Of a stretch of DNA of 64,000 nt, positions 40,031 through 51,500 are shown piece after piece. The notes beneath the pieces were generated by a model, which was not told where the DNA came from, did not search any database, and saw only the letters and a program-made list of their open reading frames with translations. Source of the DNA: Tubiluchus corallicola. Its lineage: Eukaryota; Animalia; Priapulida. The position numbers and the translations under genes are program-made. Where the stretch lies: NCBI GenBank assembly GCA_030141605.1, contig JAQGDQ010000064.1, positions 1 to 64,000 on the forward strand. Direction: 5' to 3'. Every line of letters begins with the position of its first letter. Within the stretch, counting starts at the first letter, position 1.

Positions 40031-40936
40031 TGTTTGGCAAAATTTGTTTTCTTGATTGAAATTTTGTATTGAACAACCTGCTGAACTTTAATAGTTGACT
40101 TCATACATACTGTATTTAGTTAGAAACAAAAATAGCAAAAAGTGAAGTGCCATTAATCTTCCATAACTCTAGGGCAGTAGTGTGAAATTATAATTTGCGT
40201 ATTTTTTGCAAATACAACTGTTTAGAACATTAGATTATAAAGTTGATAATTAAAATTAAACACAGTCGTAAAACGAAGTGATTTTGGCAATTAACAAATT
40301 TATTGTAACAATTTCAGGTCATGACTACATGTATTTACAGACTAGTATGTACACTCAATACATATTACTGAAAAATAAAGCACGCTCTTGAAAGTAACAT
40401 GATCTTGTTATAAAACTTCTATATCACAAAATTCCTACCCCAGTACTACTTTTTTCATACAAACCAAACTTGGTTTGTAATTCAATCAACATGATTTACA
40501 GTTTAAATAATGTTAGTAAAATCTATGCAACATTACATTTTGATTATCGCTGGCATAGCACAAAAGAGCCGTTGGTGATTATTTTTTTATCACACTACGT
40601 CAACCTAATATGGCAAACCAAATTTATAACCGATAGTTCAACTAAACTTGCTTGAGTAAACACAGCCCCAGACAAGATCTTGCAATTTGCTTACACAAAT
40701 CTCTAGCACAGGTAATCTGTTGTAAAATTAAGTCACATTAGCTAAGGTAAAATTGTTAAACCATAAAAATAAATAGACAAGAAAATTTCAACAATATAAG
40801 CATTTTTGCAGTCGTTCATCTATACCAAAACCTATACAGCTTGATGCAGTGTATTGCAAAGTTCAGTTTTTGCTCTTTAAAAGCAACTGCAATGGTAATG
40901 TTAACAAGTATAAAATTATTGGTAACACGTTTCTTG

Positions 40937-41188
40937 TCATTTACTCACGTCTTTTTTACTTTTTGAGGCACTAGGAGATCCAGCTTCTTTCAAGGCATTC
41001 ATGATTTGCTGATTTTTTGATGTAAACGTTTGTTCGCGTGGTAGACCGATGTTGTTTTTACGACCATGTTTTTGGTTAACTGGAAAATTACGACTTTCAC
41101 AAAACTTGTAAAAACTGTAACTAAATACTAATGTGCCTGAGCCCCAAATGAAGACTTTTCTCCAAGTGTTGAAATAGTAAAGAGACAT
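40937..41188 (-). CDS. Small single-pass membrane protein, UQCC3/Cbp4-like complex III assembly factor candidate (83 aa)
   Basis: MSLYYFNTWRKVFIWGSGTLVFSYSFYKFCE...EQTFTSKNQQIMNALKEAGS has an N-terminal hydrophobic helix and a QQxxxxLxEA segment like yeast Cbp4 (WLKVYAIGG...QQALMKIVQE) and human UQCC3 (QQLLLATLQEAA), as recalled. Minus-strand acceptor tatttccag| at 41212, candidate 5'UTR donor |gtgagt at 42178, AATAAA(-) at 40299-40304. Confidence 0.65.
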   Translation of the reverse strand: MSLYYFNTWRKVFIWGSGTLVFSYSFYKFCESRNFPVNQKHGRKNNIGLPREQTFTSKNQQIMNALKEAGSPSASKSKKDVSK

Positions 41189-42178
41189 AATGCTTTGTAG
41201 AAACAACTGTCCTGGAAATAAATAATTATATAAATCTGACTTGAAGTTTTTCTTCAATAAACAAGACACACACTGGCACGTTGTAACCACACAAACAGTT
41301 TTCGCGCAAAAATTTAATTTTTTATTAATGTAACACATGGTTTGAAATTCAGCATTGTGTAAATTGGGATGGAATGCCTTGCTTCATAATGGAATATGCA
41401 ACCATACCGAAAATGTTGTATGTATACATTGTTCTATACTGGAGCAAGCTATTAAAAATATGACAAGTAAATTCATCAAGAAAGAATTAACACACTACAA
41501 ACAGTTTTTCGTGCCAGGAAAGTAGTGCATTTTAATATGATGTGTCATATGTTATAACTTTATCATCAATTTGGAGCTTACAATACATTTTTAGGTTTTT
41601 TGTTTGCCATTGCCCATCAGCCTTTGCCTTTAGTACTCAAATTTTTACATCGTTGATCTCAGTTGAATTAGTCTGACTATACTTCCAATCATAAGCTTTT
41701 ATTTGACATACTAAAATAGTATTACAAAACATAGTGGAGCAAACTCAGACAATTTTTCATTAAACGGGCTTACACTTTATTCACTGCTGTACTGAGGCTG
41801 ATCACACAATGTAACTTGGTTAAGCACAAAAACACATTATTAATTCTTTATTAAATTTGTCATTAAAATGGGTCACTTATTACAATAGGTTACAATAAAA
41901 TTGAGTAAGCTTCAGTGTAATGTTAAAGTAACAACACTATTCAAGACAAAATTATGCCATCCAGTGCAAACTGAAAAACTAGTAGTGGTCTAATTATATA
42001 CAGTAATAACTAATATTCAGATATTTACAAATGTATTTCACATAACAGCTGCACCATAAATACATTAATGACACTCAGTTACCTATTTCAATAGTCTGTT
42101 GTTGCCTATTGCTTTTTCTAATTTAAACAGTTCACGCCACGTTGTGTACACAACAAAAGTCTACAATGATAAACTCAC

Positions 42179-42532
42179 CCCGACGAGCAAAATGCTTTTA
42201 ACTGTTTCTGGGGGATTATTCTATTGAATTCAGTGCGCCACGGTGAAATTTTTATTTCTTAAATTTATAAAAAAACACACAAAAACATCGATGCTAAATA
42301 AGCGTTTTTGTTAATGTTTTGAGAAGCAGCGTCATCTAGTGTTGAAAATAAACACAACTTTCGTGGCAGCCGCACGAGGACACTACAATCAAAAAACAGT
42401 TTCGCGCGATGTTTGACTAAATTATGTTTTGTCGACTTTGTCGTGAAATTTGTTAATAGATTTCATAGTATTTTTTGTCGCGAATCTTGTAGCAATAGTA
42501 GATTTGCACCAACTTAAGTCTGGTTACCAAAT
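42179..42532. promoter_or_regulatory. Putative bidirectional promoter (UQCC3-like / CDC45) with an E2F site
   Basis: Short, relatively CpG-rich interval between divergent genes; E2F consensus TTTCGCGC at 42400-42407; CTCF-like GCGTCATCTAGTG at 42329-42341. Confidence 0.55.
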
Positions 42533-45500
42533 ATGTTTGTCGACGATTTAAAGTCAGAGTTTTATGGACAGGTGTTACATAACGTAGGTGTTGCATTCGC
42601 TTTCTGGATTTTGTTTGTACTGGCATGTAATGTAATGTGTAGCTCTCTGCGCAGAACGTTAAATGCTTATCAAGATCACGGTATTTGAGAAGCTTTAAAT
42701 TACAGACTTCTGTGTCTGTCGATTGGCAACACGACGAATCCTACAGTACAGTATAATTATGAAAGCCTATCTTTGTCGCATGGTTTTCTCTCTCCTTATA
42801 CCACTGTTTATTGATTTGCGTTTGTTATTATTTTCTTTCTAAATTTCTGGTGTATTTACCAACATATGGATCCATAATCAGGGGCGGATACAGGCTTTAG
42901 AAAAAAGGGTGAGCCTGACAAAAAAGCAGCTAGGGAATCTGGGGGAGCGTTGTAGGGGGTCTGAGAGTCGCCAATTCATTTTACTATATTTTAGACCATT
43001 TTTCTTGCTATTTCCTTAAGCAAATTCAATAATTTAAAACTCATTATGTCACCTCAAACTTTTGACTTTTAATTACATACCAATATAGTAGTATATAGTG
43101 TATATGATGTACATGTATAACTTTTATGTGTTTTGAAAAGAACCTTTGTGATATGTGATTTTGCAGGTATTAAATTTTTGATAAAGGCACTGCTAGAATT
43201 TATTCTAGCACTGCTAAAATCTATGAATGTGGGAATTATGTAAATAATTAAGTATATGAATTGATTAGGCAGATATGTGGAAATAGGATGAAAAAATTAG
43301 CACAATGCTAAAAATTGATAATTTTTTGTGATAATTTTAATTTAAACAGGCCATATACAATAACTGTATTTCCATAGGTAATTCACTATTCGACTGTCAT
43401 AAATGTACACTATGTGACATAATGCACGATATATTATCTGTACCTGAAGTTCTGATAAGATTAAAAAATTATATTAAACAGAAAACATGTGACATTATAG
43501 ATGTAAGCACTCTGAGATGAAAAACTGAGGGTTACGTCTCTTTTTTAAACAAGCATAGGATTATACGACTCACTATTTTTGGACTCTTTGCTAATTCCAT
43601 ACTCAGTATTAAAATTTTCTTCACTTATGAAAGCCATTATGATGTTATATTATAATAATAATATTTTGAGGCTGAAGTCAGATGATGGCTCTCTCTGTCA
43701 CCAGTTAAGAAAGCACCTGCAATATAGGTCATCTTCTGTAAGCTGCAGCTTATCACCTGATCAGTCGATTCATACGTGATTTATTATGCCGCCGAACTGA
43801 TTGCAGAGTAACTTACACCTATATTGCACACAGAGATATCTTAGCCCAAAACTTCAATTATTACTTAAAGGGCATAACGTTTTTGCACTAAAATCATTAA
43901 TGCAGAACTTTTTACTTGATATAAGTCATTAAAAACTACCACTAAACATTCTAAAGCTTATAATCCAGAGAAAATATTTACTTGGTGTGCTGTAACTGCT
44001 ACTATAAAAGGGGGCCCTGGCCCCTTGGGCCCACCCCCTAAATCTATCACTGATAATCAGTGCAGTAGTCTTAATGAATGTTGCCACATAGAGCTATCAT
44101 GGGTCTAGTCGTCCATGATAAGTACATAGTTACCATATATGGCTTTTATATGAAAACCGTTTCGCATAAATCATACAAACCCTATTGTTTCGCTCTTATG
44201 TGAAAATATGTAACACCTAATTAATAACGATCATGGCAAAGCAACTACACAGTACAGGCTTGCCTTATTCAAGCAGGAAACTGGTTAGCTTCACTCTGGG
44301 TTAGGCAATCGGAATGTTTATTAGGGTAAGTTTGTGCAAATAATTTTGCTTGACATTACTTAAACTGCTGCAAAACTACTAAAACATGTTAAATGAACAA
44401 GGGTACTCGAGCAAGTCAGCAGTGGGAAAACATAACTAAAATTTTTTTCTGCTTTATTGTTTACAGTAATTGCATATCTGATGGTGACCCCCAGTAAATA
44501 ATGCGACAGATCAACATTGGTTTCAGCTGCTGCAATAGCTAGCCGGTCGTGAGCGAAACTATCCAGCTGTACCAGTACTTGTAGCAAAAATCCATGCATC
44601 TGTCCTAGAGCTCTTTCTTAAAAACTTCCCAGGATATGATTCAAAGTTGATTACAGTAGAGCTGCATATTTTTACATAATTTGCACTATATTAAAATCAC
44701 AATGAATGATTGAAGCACTAAGAACGCACAGTAATAAAAACTGAAACAGTGAAAAGTCTAAATACTGTCAGATAAAACATCGCGTCAACTCCGACAACTA
44801 CAGTTTATATTAAACAATGGAAAGCAAACTGTATGATATACCTACAAGCAGCAAGCGAAAAATTCACATGCTGCAGAGCAGCATACTGCAGTACCCCAAG
44901 TTGAATAAATGGCGGTGCTTTTCATACAGTCAGACTACAGTTAGCCTACTGCTTTATTGCTTTTTGGTTGATTGAGTAGGCAATATTAAACCAAACGTAG
45001 TTTTCTGGAAAGTAGATGGCATACAGTTCATGCTTTGCATGTATAGCCTATACACCACTGCATTTATAACAGACCTGTTACATATTTAAGTTTTAGAAAT
45101 AGCAACATGTTACGTTTTACCCACTTGCTGTATCTGATAAAAAGTACTAGAAATTATACATTCCATAGATATTTATACATTCTGTTATGCACAAAAATTT
45201 TATTAATTTGACATTCTACTTTCAGAGAGTTCTTGTTCTCGTAGCTTTTGATGTCGATGCTTTGTGTGCTTGCAAGATTCTGCAGGTATTACCATTTAAA
45301 TTGCAAGAAAACTATTGTATTCAAAATGTCTTTTCTCAGGTTTCCTTTAACCAACAAATTTTATTCGAATTTCATTTAATGCAGTTTTTGTGCTTGTTAA
45401 TAATAATTCCCCATTTTAATAAGAATCTTATCATTTTTGTTAAAAACTATTTAATTTACTTGGGTCCATAGTAAAAAACTCCATATAAAGTGATTTGGAA

Positions 45501-48500
45501 ATCTTAAAATATCACTAAACTGTCAATTTGAAGACACTAACAAAAATGCATGATGCACACAGTCTGTAAAGAGACACAGTTAAAAATCTGTTTGATATCA
45601 AACTACAAGTATTTGCTCAGGACTGTTAGTTTTTGTATTCGTAAATAATTTATACGTATAAATATCACATAAGCTAGCCAAATCGAACCCAAGTGCTACA
45701 TTCACTCAGCCACATAAAAGTCTTTCGAAAAAAATTTTTTGTACATTGTTGGAGTTTGATTAAACAAATTACCAGAATCCAGTGAATGATTTCTACTTGC
45801 TTTATAACATGTTTTTCTGTCTTTAGGCTTTATTTCAGTGTGACCATGTGCCGTATACTATTGTTCCAGTACAGAGTAAGAAGGAACTACAGCAGGCTTA
45901 CGCTGAAAACTGTGAACAAATTACGTAGGTATTTTAATTCAAGTAGCTAAAAATTTGGCGTTTAAACACTGTACCTCTACTGCTGCTGGTTACATGGTAA
46001 CCTGGTCCTAAGATGAGTGTAAAAAACCTGCACCTCTTACCAATTGCTAATGTACTGATTTTTTGGAGCATTGGGCCATTAAAGGCACCATGAAATTGTT
46101 TGCAGAACCTTTGCCATATTTTTTTCTAGGATCTTAGCTCTTTGTTTGATACTATAAGTTTTGTAATCTAAATCTTTCTCCTTTAAACCTGGCATCAAAT
46201 TGCATAAGACCTGGCATAAAACTGAAACTTGCCCTGGAAGACGTACCACTTATGGCAGACGACAGCGGTTTAACTTTGGGTTGATGGGTTGGTTCCTTGC
46301 AGATTTGCAATTACACATCATTAATAATGCTAATTAATTTCACGGTTGAATACAGTGCTGTTCTAAAGATCAACTCACCACTGTAACCTTGTCATTCGTT
46401 GGTTGTATTAGTTCCAGAGGTGTAGTAAGGTGGTGGCAATAGGGGACAATCGTCTCCGGGGGCAAAATTCCTTTAGAGTTCAATGACTGTTAATTTTTAA
46501 TTACTAATCCGACATTAACAAAACAGTTAACAAAATTTCAATGTACAACAAAATTGCCTAGTTAGAGATCATCCTAGCTGATTTGATTACTACATACATC
46601 CTAGAAAAAATTCTAAATACGTTAATTAACAGTGTGTGTAGCGTGTCGTGTGGCTTTACAGAACGATAATTTTGGGAGAAGCTGTTTTCTAAATGTTCAC
46701 TATATTATTGTAAGAACCTGTAGTGTTCTGTATCTTTCATATTATTTGCTTGTTTTAATGCTGGAGCTGAATGTTTATGGACTATTGTGTTATGCGCAAC
46801 TAATGCATGGAAAAGAGTTATTCTGGTGCAGTACTACAAATCAAACTCAAGCGATTCTTAGAAAAAAAATTTTTGTCTTTATCAATTCCATCATGTCGAA
46901 AAAGCAAAGTGGTGCTCAGGGACGCAAAAAAACATGCACAACTTGGGGTTTCGCCCACGATACAAATTTTCAAAACATTAAAAGCGTAGCACACCAGAAG
47001 TTTTTTTTTGCCCATGGGGGACCACAAGCACTTGCTATGCCACTTATTAGTTCACTGAATCTTGTAGTCAACCTTGTCTAACCTGTCATATTGAATAGAA
47101 GAGATAACCGCCTGGTCTGCCTATTGGGCTATACAACACAATCGATAATTTGATAACAATTATTGGCACTTGGGTTTTGTTCTCTTTTGGTTTTAAAATA
47201 CAAGCCATGTTTTAGTATTTTACTGTAGTTTAGTAGTTTAGTTTGTATATCTAAATAATGCTAATTTGATGTGACAAAACAATCTAATCTAAGTTAAGCT
47301 TGTAAATAGATATTCATGAATTTCATTAAGATTTAATACAATATGGAAGGAATATATAAAATGTATGCTTTTGCAGATACGTGGTTTTGATTAACTGTGG
47401 TGCTGACATTGATGTAGTGGAGGTATTTCAGCCAGATGATAGCGTGACGTTCTTTATTCTTGATTCTCACCGACCGGTCAATGTTTATAACATCTACAGC
47501 GAAAATCAGGTAAATGTTGTAAACGAGAAAGAAATGCAAGCTAAAAGTCTTTGAATTGAGCTTCAAAGTCTTGTTTGCAAATTGATATTTTTGCAACCCA
47601 GCATTTCAGGCAATTGTGGTTAAATTTTGGTAGAAATTTATGGATTCATTTCTTCCAAAATTCACAAACACTTCTAGCATGTGTTAATTTTACATTTTAC
47701 TGTACAATCCATAAGTAAAATCTAGATATCAGCAATTTTTTTGCCAGGTTTAAAGTACTAATACTTTGGTGACACTTGTATTGCTAGTAAATTGATTTAT
47801 TTTGTACATTACCTGCTGTAGCAAAACAATGTTTGTTAAGACTGTGTTTTGCATTTACCTGTGCCATATTAGAACTTTTCAGAACTTTTATAGACAAGTC
47901 CTGTGTAATATAGATCTGTTTTCTAAAAATCTTATTATAGCTCAAAAAGAGACCTATGTTCACATGGCTTTTGGTTTCATAGTTTTCGTTTTAAAATATT
48001 AAAATATAACCTATACATATATTTACAGACTGAGTAATTTTTATGTGAATCATCACACAGTCCGTGTTCTGGCTACGACGCAAATGAGTCAGGAAAGTTG
48101 TGTGAACTGTCACTTAACCTCATGCTAGAAAAAAGTTCAGCTTAAAAAATTATTAAGCAATTAAGAGCTTAATTAGTAAGCACTTTGTAAAATACCAATA
48201 CTACTAGCTTTAAATACCGTAACAGTACGTAAAATGACATCTTTTATTTTTTAAGAGTTTTTTTATTCAAATAACTTTGCTAAGATTTTTGTTAAACCAC
48301 CCGGTGAATGTATTTTGTTGAAAAAGATTAAATTAGCGACACTAAAACTGAGTAATCTTGTTATACAGGTCCGTTTATTAATGAAAGTTGAAGAGGAAGA
48401 TGATATCCCAAGATTTGACGAGATCTTCAGGGATGACGAGGTTTGATTTTTCACTCAATTTTTATCTTTATAGTTTTTAGCTTGCAAAGTTGTAGCTTAC

Positions 48501-51500
48501 AGCGTAGCTGATAATGTTTCATGGGATTTTTTGTATTCTACAGTGTTCAGGATAGTTTACAATGTTTTATTGTTCATAGCATTTACTTATTGGAATTGAC
48601 AGCTATGCTGATTGGTATCCAGTAATTTAATTTCACTTGGGTGTTCTTATTTTGTAGGCTTGTTGGAAACATTTTACTTTTACCTAGTTAAGATTTTCCC
48701 TGTCAGTATCAGACTAAAGCCAAACATTTTACTGTCAGTCATTATTCTCAGAGCGCTATGAAATGCTACTAATTGTGTAGTGTGTCTTATGCAAAGCTGC
48801 TTACAATGTTAATCTACTATTATGTAACAAATTCACATTTATCAAATTTTTGAAACCACATTTGTCGGAAAAGAAGAAAATCTGAATAAGTCATAACTGG
48901 GCCTGGATTTGAACCAGGAATTTTTGAATTACTAGTCCAGTGTTATGACCACAGTAGTTCTTAACCCCAGTGATTATGGCAGGTCATATTTCAAACGCTA
49001 TAGTGCACTAATTTAATTCAACATCTCCCAATGTAAGTTTACTTTTACTAGAATAATTACTATTTTATTAAATTGATGCTGTTATCCTGATTAATTATTT
49101 ATGATCTTAATTTCAAGTTATTTTATTAATAGTGGAACGAAACCAGAATTAATGAATTTTGTGAAGCGTGATTTGCCTAAAAATGAAATAATGGGAAGAA
49201 TACTCAGCCTCAGTAATTATTTATTAAGTTTAGCGACTGTTTAGTCCATAATGATAATACTGCTATAAATATCATTATTTGTGACCGATTAAAATTTGGA
49301 ACAGTTAAAGCTCGAGCGTGTTAATGACTTAGAGTGATGGCGCAGCAATGACAGCATTTTTAAGTATTATGAAACTTCCAGATTGATGATGACATCAGCG
49401 ATGATGAGTCGTCTGGCAGACAACATAGGTTTGATGAAGCCATGCTAGAAAAACGACGAGAACGCAGATTATGGGAACAACGGAAATTCCAAATTTTGTA
49501 CCAGTATACTCAGGTATAAAAATAATAGCCAGCACCCACTTATGCAAAGACACGGCTTTTATTCAGACACAACATCTGCAATGTTTCGTCTCAGCTAAGG
49601 TCATATTCAAGCAACACTCCACCAAAATAAAAATACAGTGTAAAAAATACAAAATCAACGTGACAAGCAAACAGGATAAATACTAAAGTGTAAACTTACT
49701 TATCATGTGACACAAAGCCAAATTATAGAAAAATAAAGTTATGTTACTCCAACATAATTCATTTTCTTACTAATGCCTCTGGGGGTAATAAGAGAAACCT
49801 ATGCACATAAAATGAACAACACTGTAAACAAGCAGCTACAAGGCTCAGCTCAAAATAATTGTAGGGGCAGAATAGAAAGTTGATCTTTACGCTCCGGGAA
49901 GTTTTTTTATCAAAAGCATTTCAAAAATGTGTAAATCAAAGTTACTGTTTGCAGAATTTAAAGTTTTGAAATTATCAACCTTAAATGAGTCTTGAAAAAT
50001 TGAATATTATAATTTCTATATACATGTGAATTTGAATTGGTTGACAAAAAACAATTTTTGAAAATAAAATGGGACAAAGTTTAAATTAAAAAATCAAAGT
50101 AAAACTAAGTCAGTGAAGTAGTTTTATGAGCCATCAGTTCTGATCGTAATATGAGCCAAAATCAAAATGCCTAAGTGAAAAACTGCTTTAGGTTTATGAA
50201 CGGTGGCTATCCCAAATGCTGATTTTTGTTACAAATCAGTAAATAAATGTGCTTAGACGTAGATACATTTTACATTTTTTCCTACATTTTGGCTTCACTC
50301 TGTTGTTCATGTTTCTCTTATTTTCTAATAAAGTTTATAAAGCATATAACCATAATCCGTATTTTTTTACATGTTATTTGCAGCCAGTTGTAGTACGCCA
50401 TTGATTTACACTTGTCTATAAATCTTTAATCTATAATTCTCATTTCGTTGCTCTAGGCATCTTACTACAGTACTTGTTCTGCCATCACCATGTACGAGCT
50501 AGCGTGGAAAATGTCAAAAGATACAAGTGATATGTTGTGGTAAGAACTTGTTTGTAAGTTCTTTATAATTTTGCTTGTAAGTGGATATTCGCTTATTTAG
50601 CCAAGTGCAGTTGGGCAATTTTTCATACTGTTTGCAAACCAGATGCCAGCAAAATATATTGTATTATCCTTACAGGTGGGCTATAGTTGGCCTTACTGAA
50701 CAGTATGTTCACTGTTTGATTGAGCCACAAAAGTATCTCCTAGATTCAGGGCGTCTGCAGTCTCACGTTTCCAGACACAATCATCGAAATGAAGATGAGG
50801 AATCAAATACTACATCAGTACATTGCAGAAAGATCGCATATGAAAGAGAGTATCCTTTCTTGAAAGTTAATCACTTTAATGTGTTCGTAATAGAGCTGTA
50901 ACGATACCCCTTGGTCACGATACATATCACGATACTAACCTCACGATACACCCGAGTTAATGTTTGCAGGCTTTATAAAAAAAACTAGATGAAGCTGTTG
51001 ACAGTAAATGCTAAATATATTTATCATTCAAAAGTTTTAGGATTGCTAAATAACATGGCATATTGTTTGAATTTTATTTATTACTTGTGTAATGTGTTAG
51101 CTATTGTTTGCATCATAAGCCACTGGAAAAGCAAAACATGTCAATACTTTAGGTTTAAAAGGTGCTCGTGCATTTTCTGCATTCATGTTTGCATTTCGCA
51201 AATTAATATACAAACAATATAACTAGCCTACTATAGATTAAAACACCTTACATTTTCAACAACTGTGCCTGTGTCAAGTCAACTTATTTTCCGAATCCAT
51301 TCCCATCTAGTGTTTGCAATTTTTCGGCAAATTTAAAATTATAAGATCAAGATCGGGGCCAAGACTGACCTATCAAGACATGATATAGACAAGACTTTAT
51401 AAGACTGAGACTTATAAAGCAGCCGATCAGCATCCAGACCAACTTACAGAAGTTGGCCTAAAAATAACGCAAAGCTACGCACGGCTATGCACGTATTATA

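Noticed and set aside
41189-41338. N-terminal 50 aa of the 133-aa minus-strand ORF
   Set aside because: It crosses a good splice acceptor at 41212 and looks like intron read-through; Met at 41188 fits the small-protein model better.
46632-47081. 149-aa ORF in CDC45 intron 3
   Set aside because: Lies almost entirely inside a TSD-flanked MITE and has no recognisable protein motif.
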